Notes under the pieces: generated by a model
The model's input: the letters and a program-made list of their open reading frames with translations, nothing else
What the model was told of the DNA's origin: nothing
The model's database searches: none
Shown: positions 1 to 8,586 of the stretch, piece by piece
Position numbering within the stretch: the stretch's first letter is position 1
Layout of the letters: each line of letters opens with the position of its first letter
Translations under genes and position numbers: made by a program
Assembly (NCBI GenBank): GCA_052390515.1
Contig: JBQTGV010000002.1
Location: 1-23,562 of the forward strand
Source of the DNA: Candidatus Eiseniibacteriota bacterium
GTDB taxonomy: Bacteria > ARS69
Length of the DNA stretch: 23,562 nucleotides
Direction of reading: 5' to 3'

Positions 1-126
1 GGCAACGAAAACCGGCCTCACCACAGGCTCACGGTGCGACGATCTCGGGGTCCCAAGGGATCTTGGTACCCCCGTTTTCACCCCGAGACTCTCATAGAGA
101 GTGGTACAGAAAACGGGGGCAGCTCA
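1..126 (+). mobile_element. Probable right end of an IS3-family (IS407-group-like) insertion sequence, partial at window edge
   Basis: Frame 1 starts G-N-E-N-R-P-H, resembling the C-terminal YNxxRPH motif of IS3 transposases. The segment ends ...GAAAACGGGGGCAGCTCA(126); its reverse complement TGAGCTGCCCCCG resembles, from recollection, IS407-group TGACCTGCCCCC termini. USP-like sequence begins abruptly at 127. Confidence 0.6.
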
Positions 127-495
127 GAGGCGCTTCGCCTCGTGGAGGACGCGTCGCACGTGCACATCATCCATGTGCTGCAACCGCTCGCGCCGGCGGA
201 TCCGGCCCTCATGTGGAACGCGCGCATCGAGGAGTCGTCGCGGGCGCGGGTCCGCGAATACTTGAAGACGAGGCTGCAGGACGCGAAGTACGCCGGCCAT
301 CACGTCACCGTGGCGGAGGGAAGCCCCGCCGAGGAGATCGCCGACTTCGCCGAGCGCCTCGGCGCCGACCTGATCGTCCTGCCGTCCCACGGTAGAAAGG
401 GGCTGCGGCGCCTGCTCATCGGCTCGGTGGCCGAGCGCGTGGTGCGGCTGGCCCATTGCCCGGTCCTGGTCCTGCGCAACGGAGGTGGCCGATGA
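127..495 (+). pseudogene. Universal stress protein (UspA family), 5'-truncated
   Basis: EALRLVEDASHVHIIHVL...GSPAEEIADFAERLGADLIVLPSHGRKGLRRLLIGSVAERVVRLAHCPVLVLR is a typical USP. The N-terminal ILVPxDFS-type strand is missing and is replaced by IS-like sequence. The ORF-track start at 34 lies inside that sequence. Confidence 0.7.
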
Positions 496-980
496 GAGTC
501 CGTCGCTGGATGAGCAGCCCGGTACTGACGACGAGTCCGGACATCCCGGTCGACCTCGCCTACCGGAAGATGGTCGAGAACGAGATCCGCAAGTTGCCCG
601 TGGTGGACGACGACGGCAGCCTCGTCGGCATCCTCTCCGAGCGCGACGCGCGGACGGTGCTGATGCCCCACGAGCTCACGGCGGCCTCCCGGCGCGCCGA
701 GTTCGACACCAACCCGGTGCTGGTGCGCTCCGCCATGACGAGAACGGTCTTCGTGGTCGGTCCGGAGGAGAACATCACCGACGCCGTGCGCATCATGCAC
801 AACCGGAAGGTGAGCGGGCTGCCGGTCGTGGAGCATGGGCGATGCATCGGGATGATCACCGTGCAGGACCTCCTCGAGGTTCTGCTGGCGGCACTGGACC
901 GCCACCTGAACGAGGTCACCGAGGAGATCATCGAGGAGACGCTGGGGACGCCGGCGGTACGACCCAGGAAGGAGTCGTGA
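492..980 (+). CDS. CBS-domain pair protein (AcuB-like)
   Basis: ATG at 492 overlaps the USP stop (ATGA), with GGAGG at 481-485. Two CBS repeats: IRKLPVVDDDGSLVGILSERD and VSGLPVVEHGRCIGMITVQDLL. Confidence 0.88.
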   Translation: MRVRRWMSSPVLTTSPDIPVDLAYRKMVENEIRKLPVVDDDGSLVGILSERDARTVLMPHELTAASRRAEFDTNPVLVRSAMTRTVFVVGPEENITDAVRIMHNRKVSGLPVVEHGRCIGMITVQDLLEVLLAALDRHLNEVTEEIIEETLGTPAVRPRKES

Positions 981-989
981 TAGATTCCG

Positions 990-2888
990 ATGATCATGCA
1001 TGCCGACGACTACCGCAGCCGCCTCGTCTCTCCGTCCGAGGCGCTCTCGCACCTGGAGTCGGGCACGCGCATCTTCGTGGGATCGGGATGCGCGGAGCCG
1101 CAGCGGCTGGTCCGCGAGCTCGGGCGCCAGGCCGACCGGCTGCGCGACGTGGAGGTCGTGTCCCTGCTGACGCTCGGAACGGCGGAGTACGCCGATCCCG
1201 ACTACGCGAGGAGTTACCGGCACAACGCGTACTTCATCGGGGCGAACGTGCGGCGGGCCGTTCGCGAGGGGCGCGCCGACTACACCCCGGTGTTCCTCAG
1301 CGAGATCCCCGCCCTGGTCCGCTCCGGCCAGCAGCGTCTGGACGCCGCGCTCGTCCAGCTCTCGCCGCCGGATCGCCACGGCTACCTGAGCCTCGGCATC
1401 CACGTCGACGTGCAGCGCGCGATGATCGAGACCGCCCGCGTGGTCATCGCCGAGATCAACCCCAACATGCCGCGCACCCGCGGCGATACCCGGGTCCCCC
1501 TCGACGCCGTCGACTTCCTCGTCGAGGCCGTCGATCCGTTGCTGGAGATCGCCTTCTCCGCGGATGCCGACGAGACCGCCAACCGCATCGGCCTGCAGGT
1601 CGCCGGCCTCATCGACGACGGCAGCTGCCTGCAGCTGGGCATCGGCGGCATCCCCGACGCCGTGGCCCGCCATCTCGTCGGGAAGCGGCACCTCGGCGTT
1701 CACACCGAGATGCTCAGCGACGGGATCCTCCGGCTCGTGGAGGAGGGCGCGATCGACAACAGCCGCAAACGGGTGCTGCCGGGCCGCAGCGTGGTGAGCT
1801 TCGTCATGGGCACGCGCAAGCTCTACGACTGGGTCGACGACAACCCCGACGTGGAGTTCTACGCCTCCGACTTCGTGAACGATCCGCGGGTGATCTCGCA
1901 GAACGACAAGGTCGTGGCGATCAACTCCGCGCTGCAGGTCGACTTGACCGGCCAGGTGTGTGCCGACAGTCTCGGCTACGACTTCTACAGCGGCATCGGC
2001 GGTCAGGTGGATTTCGTCCGCGGCGCGGCGATGAGCACGGGCGGCAAGCCGATCATCGCTCTGCCCAGCACGGCGAAGGACGGCAAGGTGAGCCGTATCG
2101 TGCCGCGCCTGGACGAGGGCGCCGGCGTGGTGACGAGTCGCGGCGACGTGCACTACGTCGTGACCGAGCACGGCATCGCGTACCTCCACGGGAAGACGGT
2201 GCGGGATCGGGCGCTCGCCCTGGTCGGCATCGCCGATCCAGCCTTCCGAGACGAGCTGCTGAGCTTCATCAAGGCGCGCCACTACGTGCACCTGCCCGAA
2301 AGGGTATGGCGCAGCGCCGTCAGCCCCTACCCCACCGAGTGGGAGTCACGCCAGCGGTTCGGGGACGCGGAGTTCACCATCCGGCCGCTCAAACCGACGG
2401 ACGCGCGGAACCTGCAGGAGTTCTTCTACTCGCACACGCCGCAGACCCTCTACCATCGCTACCTCACCATCAAGAAGGAGCTCACCCTCGACGAAGCGGC
2501 GCACCTGTGCTCGCTCGACTACCGTGAGCGCATGGCCTTCGGCGTGTTCGAGAACCCCGGCGTCGCGGAGCGATTCGTCGCCATCGGGCGCTACGACCTG
2601 GACCCGGAAACCCAGCTGGCCGAGACAGCGATCGTGGTCGGGGAGAAGTGGCGGAGGCGGGGAATCGGGTCCAGGCTCATCGTGCTGCTGATGGACTACG
2701 CGCGCGCGCACGGCATCTCCGGGATCACCAACGTGATCCTGGTCCAGAACGAGGGCGCGCTGGCGATCCACCGCAAGCTCGGACACGACATGATCTGGGA
2801 CCGCGAGGACGGAACCTACCGCGTCGAGCACCGCTTCGCCTCGGAGCCCCGGGGCGCAGCCGCTCCCACGTCCGGCGCCGCCCGCTGA
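990..2888 (+). CDS. Acetyl-CoA hydrolase/4-hydroxybutyrate CoA-transferase family protein fused to a C-terminal GNAT acetyltransferase
   Basis: CoA-transferase motifs LQLGIGGIPDAV, HLGVHTEMLSDG (catalytic Glu region), INSALQVDLTGQV, SGIGGQVDFVRGA and VVTEHGIAYLHGK. The last ~180 aa is a GNAT with IRPLKPTD, IGRYDLD and WRRRGIGSRL (acetyl-CoA-binding motif A). Confidence 0.92.
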   Translation: MIMHADDYRSRLVSPSEALSHLESGTRIFVGSGCAEPQRLVRELGRQADRLRDVEVVSLLTLGTAEYADPDYARSYRHNAYFIGANVRRAVREGRADYTPVFLSEIPALVRSGQQRLDAALVQLSPPDRHGYLSLGIHVDVQRAMIETARVVIAEINPNMPRTRGDTRVPLDAVDFLVEAVDPLLEIAFSADADETANRIGLQVAGLIDDGSCLQLGIGGIPDAVARHLVGKRHLGVHTEMLSDGILRLVEEGAIDNSRKRVLPGRSVVSFVMGTRKLYDWVDDNPDVEFYASDFVNDPRVISQNDKVVAINSALQVDLTGQVCADSLGYDFYSGIGGQVDFVRGAAMSTGGKPIIALPSTAKDGKVSRIVPRLDEGAGVVTSRGDVHYVVTEHGIAYLHGKTVRDRALALVGIADPAFRDELLSFIKARHYVHLPERVWRSAVSPYPTEWESRQRFGDAEFTIRPLKPTDARNLQEFFYSHTPQTLYHRYLTIKKELTLDEAAHLCSLDYRERMAFGVFENPGVAERFVAIGRYDLDPETQLAETAIVVGEKWRRRGIGSRLIVLLMDYARAHGISGITNVILVQNEGALAIHRKLGHDMIWDREDGTYRVEHRFASEPRGAAAPTSGAAR

Positions 2889-2904
2889 ACGACGCGCAGT
2901 CCGC

Positions 2905-4344
2905 TCAACCGCCGGGGATGATCGCCCCGTGACACACCGTGCACACCTGCGGTGCGCGCGCGCGCAGGCGCTCGGCGTCGAATCCGGGACCGTGCGGATT
3001 GAACCGGCGGCCCGAGACCGCGGAGTGGCACACCATGCAGTCGTTCTCCGTGTGGCAGGTGACGCACGTTTCCAGGGCGCGTCTCGCCGCCGGTCCGTGA
3101 CCGAACAGGAACTGATCCTTCGCGTCGTGGTAGCCCGCGCCGAGCGGGGCGCGGTTCGAGGACAGGCCGGCGTTCTCGTGGCAGGTGGCGCAGAACGATC
3201 CCGGCTGGTGGCAGTCGTTGCACGAGGTCTCGCGCGCGTACGCCGCGGCCGGGTGCCGCGCCAGGAAGTCCGGCGGATGGTAGCCCGGCGGACCGGAGGC
3301 GGGTGCGGGAAGGTGGCAGTCCAGGCACTGCTCGCGGGAGTGGCACGCCGCGCAGGACGCCGGGTCCGCGGCCGCCTCGGTCCCGTGCGTCTCGCGGAAC
3401 AGCACGTCGTGGCTTGGCGGAGCTCTGCGGCCGACGACCGCGCCGCGCGCGGGTCCCGCCGCGGCGGGAGCCAGCGCGCCCGCCACCTCCGGCGTCGCGA
3501 CGTGGCACACGGTGCAGCTTTCCCGGGTGTGGCACGTCGCGCACCGATCCGCGCCACCCTGCGCGTCCATTCCGTGGCCGTGCAGGAAGCCCACCTCGGC
3601 GTGCGTCGCGGGCGCGCGCAACACCGCCCGATGCACCAGAGAGCGCTCGTCGGCGGACAGCGCCTCGATGGCCGGCTGGCTCGCCGCGTCGACGTGGCAG
3701 GTCTCGCAGAAGTTCCGCGCATGGCACACCGCGCAGCGTGAAGTCGAGCCGGCGCCCGCGGCGCCGGAGCAGAGGCTGCCGTGGCCGGACGAAGCGAAGT
3801 CCGCTTCGTCGTGCCAGGCAGGTCGGGGAAACGAGGCGATCCGCTCGGAGCTGAGGCCGGCCGCTTCGCCCAGCGAGAGATGGCACTGGGCGCAGTCGTT
3901 CTCCACGTCGAGGTGTTCGCCCGCTCCGTGACACACGAAGCAGCCGTCGGCCGATGCTTTCCGCTCGCCCGGCGCGCCGTCGGCGGTGTGGCAGTCGTCG
4001 CAGGCGAGCACCGTCTCCTCCTCACCGGCCCGCGCGGCGTGCTCCGTATGGACGAAGCGGAGGTTGCCCGGCGTCATCGACTCCCGGCCGGCCCACTCGA
4101 TGCGCCCCGCCGTATCGCCGTCGTGGCACGCGGCGCATGCCTCGGCGCGGGGGAACATGGGAGCGGCGGGCTCCTCCGCGCCGCGGTGGCAGGCGGCGCA
4201 GGATGCGAACAGGTCCTCGTGCAGATCGTGGTCGAAGGCGGGCTCGGCCGCCGCGCCGCCACGCGCGCTCGTGCAGAGGGTGAACGCGAGAGCGAGGGCG
4301 AGAGCGAGAGCGCGCCTCCGGGTCGACACCCCGGCGCCAGGCAT
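2905..4344 (-). CDS. Exported 16-heme cytochrome c with tandem diheme repeats
   Basis: ATG at 4344 overlaps the upstream stop (TGATG) and follows AAAGGAG. Signal-peptide-like N-terminus (RRRALALALALAFTL...AAA). 16 CxxCH motifs counted by hand. The ORF-track extension to 4860 is not part of the gene. Confidence 0.9.
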   Translation of the reverse strand: MPGAGVSTRRRALALALALAFTLCTSARGGAAAEPAFDHDLHEDLFASCAACHRGAEEPAAPMFPRAEACAACHDGDTAGRIEWAGRESMTPGNLRFVHTEHAARAGEEETVLACDDCHTADGAPGERKASADGCFVCHGAGEHLDVENDCAQCHLSLGEAAGLSSERIASFPRPAWHDEADFASSGHGSLCSGAAGAGSTSRCAVCHARNFCETCHVDAASQPAIEALSADERSLVHRAVLRAPATHAEVGFLHGHGMDAQGGADRCATCHTRESCTVCHVATPEVAGALAPAAAGPARGAVVGRRAPPSHDVLFRETHGTEAAADPASCAACHSREQCLDCHLPAPASGPPGYHPPDFLARHPAAAYARETSCNDCHQPGSFCATCHENAGLSSNRAPLGAGYHDAKDQFLFGHGPAARRALETCVTCHTENDCMVCHSAVSGRRFNPHGPGFDAERLRARAPQVCTVCHGAIIPGG

Positions 4345-6341
4345 CACGGTGCTCCTTTCCCGGTCATGAGCCGTGGGCGCAGCTCGGCCGGCGAAGCCAG
4401 GAAGTGGCAGGCGGCGCACTCCGCGCCGGGCTCGGCATGATGATCCACCTGCTCGCCGTGGCAGACCAGGCAGAACCTCCGATCCGGAACGAGCGTCTCG
4501 ATCGTTCCCCTCGAGTGACAGACGTCGCACTCCGTATGCGTATCCGGCGAGTGCGCGGCGCGGATCTCGGGAAGGCGGTGGCAGGCGGCGCAGTCGCGGT
4601 CCGCGGTGTGGTGCTCGGAGTGGCAGGTCCTGCACGACTCGCCTCCCGCAGTGATGCCGCCCGCCGGCGTGATGCCGTGGCAACGGTCGCAGGCCACGTC
4701 CCGGTGTCCGTCGTGCACCCAAGATACCTCGCGCGGGCGCGGCGAACCTCCGCCCACGGATACGCTCAGGGTCACCGGTCGACCCCGGGCCAGCTCCTCG
4801 TCCGAGTGGCAGGTCCCGCACGAGGACGCGTCCGCGCCCGCGTGGTGGCAGCGGGCGCACTCCGCAAGGGAGACCGTCGAGCCGTGCGCAGGATCGAACG
4901 TCCGGCGGTCATCCAGGAACAGGTCGTTCGGGGAGTGGCAGCTCGCGCACGCCAGTCCCTGCTCGATCACGTGCGTCCGATGGTCGAACTCCACGCCTCC
5001 CACGTCGGTCCGGCTCGCTTCGATCCCGTAGTGGCAGCGGGCGCAGGTCTCCTCGGCCGGATCCGGAGCGAGCGAAGGGGGCTGCGGTGCCTCCCTCCCC
5101 GCCGCCTTCCAGGACTTCCCGGCCTCCCCCAGCGCCTGGCGAAGCAGGGCATGCGCCGCGGGGATGTTGTGGACGCCGTTCCCCGCGTCCACCATGTGCC
5201 AGTGCCGGAGCGCCAGCTGCGCGAGCGAGTCGGCCGCGGCCACCGAGCGCACCGCCGGGGCCGACGCCGTCTCCTGGACGTATCGCCCGACGCTTCCCGT
5301 CCGGGAACGCATTCCCTCCACCCAGTTCTCCAGGAGGCCGGAGAACCCGGGACCGTGGCACGCCACGCACTCCGCGTTCATGGCCCCCACGGCGACCGCC
5401 GGATCCGCGGTCCGGCTCATGGACTCGCTCGAGTGGCATGCGGCGCACGAGACCCGCGCGGCGAACTTCCCCGCGGGCAGCATCTGCTCGTGCTCCGCCG
5501 CGAGGCCCGCGTAGAGCAGCTGCTGGGCGCGATGCACGGTCGAGTCGATCGGTGCCGCCAGGTCCGGGTCGCCAGGGGTGTGGCAGCTCTCGCAGACCAG
5601 GGCCGCCGCGCTCGCGACCCCGACCTCACGGTGCTCGAGTCCGTCGTGGCAGCGCCCGCAGGCCGGCTCCCGCCCCTGGCGGAAGTGCTGCTGGTGGAGC
5701 ATGGCGGCGTCGCCGTTCCCCGCCTGCTCGGTCATTGCCACGGCATCGGGCGACGCGTGGCAGGTTCGGCACACCTGCTGCGCCACGGCACCGGATCCCT
5801 CCAGCACGTCGTGATGGCAGATCGTGCACTCGATCCCTCTCGCCAGGACCGCGCCGTGGTCAACCGGAACCGTCTGCCCGACGAGCGCCTCGTGGGTCTC
5901 GGGTCCGTGACACTCCAGACACGAACCCTCCGGGAAGAAGGCCGCGTGCATCTTCGAGCCCGGACTCGGAATGACCGCGTGGCAGAGATAGCAGCTGCTC
6001 TCGTCGACGGAGAGGTCGGCGCCCGGCCCGCTGTGCGTGTGACACGCGCTGCACGGGGACTCGAGGCCGGCCAGCAAATCCCAGTGCGGCCGGTGAGGGA
6101 AGCGGACGCCCTTCGCCTCCACCACGGGCGAGATCTCGGCGGGCGGGTGGCACGTCCGGCAGGCGTCGGCGGAGGCGAAGCCGACGGAGCCATCCTCGCC
6201 GCGGGGTTCGTGGCACTCGTCGCAGCGCAGCTCGGCGTGCGGTCCCGTACCGAGCTGCGGTTCCGAGGGCGCACACCCCACGGCCATCGCCATGGCGGCG
6301 ATGGCGAGGACGACCTTCGCCACGCCAGCCCGCTCGATCAC
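4344..6341 (-). CDS. 21-heme cytochrome c, predicted lipoprotein
   Basis: GTG at 6341 overlaps the cytochrome b stop (GTGA). The N-terminus (M)IERAGVAKVVLAIAAMAMAVG-C carries a lipobox (AVGC). 21 CxxCH motifs counted, with a heme-free helical segment containing GNGVHN between motifs 11 and 12. Confidence 0.88.
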   Translation of the reverse strand: MIERAGVAKVVLAIAAMAMAVGCAPSEPQLGTGPHAELRCDECHEPRGEDGSVGFASADACRTCHPPAEISPVVEAKGVRFPHRPHWDLLAGLESPCSACHTHSGPGADLSVDESSCYLCHAVIPSPGSKMHAAFFPEGSCLECHGPETHEALVGQTVPVDHGAVLARGIECTICHHDVLEGSGAVAQQVCRTCHASPDAVAMTEQAGNGDAAMLHQQHFRQGREPACGRCHDGLEHREVGVASAAALVCESCHTPGDPDLAAPIDSTVHRAQQLLYAGLAAEHEQMLPAGKFAARVSCAACHSSESMSRTADPAVAVGAMNAECVACHGPGFSGLLENWVEGMRSRTGSVGRYVQETASAPAVRSVAAADSLAQLALRHWHMVDAGNGVHNIPAAHALLRQALGEAGKSWKAAGREAPQPPSLAPDPAEETCARCHYGIEASRTDVGGVEFDHRTHVIEQGLACASCHSPNDLFLDDRRTFDPAHGSTVSLAECARCHHAGADASSCGTCHSDEELARGRPVTLSVSVGGGSPRPREVSWVHDGHRDVACDRCHGITPAGGITAGGESCRTCHSEHHTADRDCAACHRLPEIRAAHSPDTHTECDVCHSRGTIETLVPDRRFCLVCHGEQVDHHAEPGAECAACHFLASPAELRPRLMTGKGAP

Positions 6342-7201
6342 GAAAGTCCCGCCCAGATCACGAGGCCGGTGAGCGTCAGACCGATCACCATCGCGCAGAC
6401 CGCCAGCAGCACGGCCGCGAGGTAGAGCCATCGCGGCGGGGGCGGTGCGATCCGCTCGGCGAGGCGTCCGCCGTGCTTCAACCGCTCGTACTCCAGGGGG
6501 TGCTCCTCCTCCAGATACTGCGCCGTGGCTCTTCCGGTGAAGATCACGACGTCCAGCGGGAACTTCTCGGGGCGAAGCTGGCCGTTGAAGACGTGAATCG
6601 TGAAGATGAAGCACATGGCGAGAAGCGCTTCGATCCCGTGCACCACGGTGGCGACGTTGAAGATCCATCCGGGCAGCCAGGCGGCGAAGGCTTCGGGGAA
6701 CCACAACAGGAGGCCGGAGCCCCCGATGACGGCCACCCCCCAGAGCTCGGCCCAGTAGTCCACTTTCTCGAAGTAACTGAACCGATCGAAGCGCGGCTTC
6801 GCGCCGCGGCCGAAGAACCAGCGGAACGTCTGGACGAGATCCTCGAGGTCGCGCGGCTGCGGCACCATGGAGTCCGGTCCCCAGAAGAGGCGCGCGGGGT
6901 TCGGGCTGCGCCAGGCCTTCACGCTGATCCAGCCGACGTGCAGGAAGAAGTACCCGAACATGATGACGGCGCACGTGCGATGAACCGTGCCGGCTCCTTC
7001 CACTCCGCCGTGCAGCCGGATCAGCGTGGCCGCCCACGGCGCGTGCGAGAAGTGCAGAGGCACGCCGGTCATGACGAGCCCGAAGAAGGACAAGATGACT
7101 AGGAAGTGCACGATGCGGTCCACGCGCGAGTAGCGCCAGAGGTACGGTCCCTCGCCCCGATCGGAGGACGCGACCCACCTCGCCCGGGCGGCTCCGTTCA
7201 C
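6338..7201 (-). CDS. Membrane cytochrome b subunit (FdnI/Ni-hydrogenase cytochrome b type), CbcL b-domain-like
   Basis: GTG at 7201 with GGAGGAG upstream and a GTGA overlap. Several hydrophobic helices with candidate heme-b His residues (RIVHF, TVHR, VVHGIEA, TIHVFN), plus RFSYFEKVDYWA and LRPEKFPLD...EEHPLEYERL segments characteristic of CbcL-like proteins. Confidence 0.88.
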   Translation of the reverse strand: MNGAARARWVASSDRGEGPYLWRYSRVDRIVHFLVILSFFGLVMTGVPLHFSHAPWAATLIRLHGGVEGAGTVHRTCAVIMFGYFFLHVGWISVKAWRSPNPARLFWGPDSMVPQPRDLEDLVQTFRWFFGRGAKPRFDRFSYFEKVDYWAELWGVAVIGGSGLLLWFPEAFAAWLPGWIFNVATVVHGIEALLAMCFIFTIHVFNGQLRPEKFPLDVVIFTGRATAQYLEEEHPLEYERLKHGGRLAERIAPPPPRWLYLAAVLLAVCAMVIGLTLTGLVIWAGLS

Positions 7202-8586
7202 TCTTGCTCCTCCGCGCGGGGCGGGTCGCCCGCCGCCGGCGCTGCGGAGGCGGGCGGCGAGGCTTGCGGGACCATCTCGGTACCCGACCGCCGAGACTCC
7301 GCGAGACTGCGCACGAGCCACAGGATCGAGTGGGATCCGAAGAAGCCGAACACGCCGGTCATCAGAGACACCATGATGGTCCAGGTCCAGTACACCTGCG
7401 GGTAATTCTCGCGATCATGCCGGTCGGCGTGCACGAGATACTGGGCGAACCGGGCGGACGCGTGGTCATGGCACTGCGCGCAGGTGCTCACGACGTTCGC
7501 CGGATGGACGGACGACCGGGGGTCGTCGGCCGGGAGGTTGCTGTGGGGCGTGTGGCAGTCGCTGCACTTCGCGGCGAGCTCGGCCCCGAGCCTCGTCACC
7601 TTGCCGTGGTAGGTCCCGAAGTAGGTGTCGTACACGCGCTGATGGCACTGCCCGCATTCCTCCACCACCGCGGACCGCCAAGCGGCGCTCACCTCGACGA
7701 CTCCGTGCGCCGAGTGGCACGTCGTGCAGACCGGCGCCTCCGGTGACCCGTCCGACGCTTCCGCCAGCGCCGTCCCGTGCGCGCTCGCGCTGTACTCCTC
7801 CAGAACGCCGGCGTGGCACGCGCCACAGGTCTCCGGCACGTTCGCGTGGTGGATGGACGACGACTCGGAGTCGGCGGGCAGGACGAGGTGCGCGCGATGG
7901 CAGTCGCTGCACGTGGCCGACACGACCAGCCCGCTTCGGTCCACCGCGAGGCCGTGGACGGTCTCGTGGTACGTCTCGACGGCGGACCGTGCGAGGCTGT
8001 CCGCGGGATCGGCGAAGTAGGCTTCCAGCACACCGGGGTCGCCGTGGCACTGGCCGCAGAGCTGCGCCTCCTGGAGCGAATGCGTCGGCGAACGCGGGTC
8101 GTCGCTGCCGAGAACGCGATGCGCGCCGTGGCAGCTCACGCAAGTCGGTCCGTCGCCGGCGGCCACGGCGGCGTGCGACGAGGCGGCCCAGTCCGCGCCG
8201 GCCAGCGCGTGGCAGGATTCGCAGGCGACGGTGGCCTTCTCCGGCCGATGAGGCCAGCCGTCGTCGTAGCGGACGTGACAGGACGCGCACCGGAGGGAAT
8301 CGTGACCGGTGCCCAGGAGCGTCGAGTCGGGTACCAGCAGGGCCGCGTCCTGATCCGGGAAGCCCTTCTTCCCGGCGAGGAAGACGGCGTCCCCGTGACA
8401 GCGGTTGCAGTCGACCTCCGCCGGCTCGGCCGCCGATGCGGCTCCGATCAGCAGCGTGCCGGCAAGCCACGCGCCCGCGAACCCGAGGTGAATACGACGG
8501 CACCAGGGGATCAGCGGCGCCCGTGGAGCTTCAGGGCTGGGTACCCTCGTGGCACTCGTAGCAGCCGGTCTCGCGCCACTCGTCAT
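7198..8586 (-). CDS. 11-heme membrane-anchored cytochrome c, CbcL c-domain-like (start uncertain)
   Basis: 11 CxxCH motifs in repeated Y/WxxS/TxH...CxxCH...H...CGxCH units, a signal-peptide-like segment (GFAGAWLAGTLLIGAASA) and a C-terminal TM helix with His (GVFGFFGSHSILWL). ATG at 8586 follows AGAGGA but overlaps the upstream gene by 56 nt, so a later non-ATG start is possible. Confidence 0.85.
   Translation of the reverse strand: MTSGARPAATSATRVPSPEAPRAPLIPWCRRIHLGFAGAWLAGTLLIGAASAAEPAEVDCNRCHGDAVFLAGKKGFPDQDAALLVPDSTLLGTGHDSLRCASCHVRYDDGWPHRPEKATVACESCHALAGADWAASSHAAVAAGDGPTCVSCHGAHRVLGSDDPRSPTHSLQEAQLCGQCHGDPGVLEAYFADPADSLARSAVETYHETVHGLAVDRSGLVVSATCSDCHRAHLVLPADSESSSIHHANVPETCGACHAGVLEEYSASAHGTALAEASDGSPEAPVCTTCHSAHGVVEVSAAWRSAVVEECGQCHQRVYDTYFGTYHGKVTRLGAELAAKCSDCHTPHSNLPADDPRSSVHPANVVSTCAQCHDHASARFAQYLVHADRHDRENYPQVYWTWTIMVSLMTGVFGFFGSHSILWLVRSLAESRRSGTEMVPQASPPASAAPAAGDPPRAEEQE

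Noticed and set aside
977-1003. Possible 4-bp duplication (CATGCATG) shifting an original GTG start at 977 out of frame with the CoA-transferase
   Set aside because: In-frame ATGs at 990 and 996 give a full-length protein, so there is no need to invoke a frameshift without homolog alignments.
300-2527. Long alternative ORFs 300-2291 (-) and 485-2527 (+)
   Set aside because: Shadow frames of well-supported genes. Long stop-free antisense or shifted frames are expected at this GC content, and these have no recognisable motifs.
4286-4312. GCGAGA-like hexamer repeat
   Set aside because: Encodes the ALALALAL core of a signal peptide. It is imperfect and in-frame, so not a convincing phase-variation tract.
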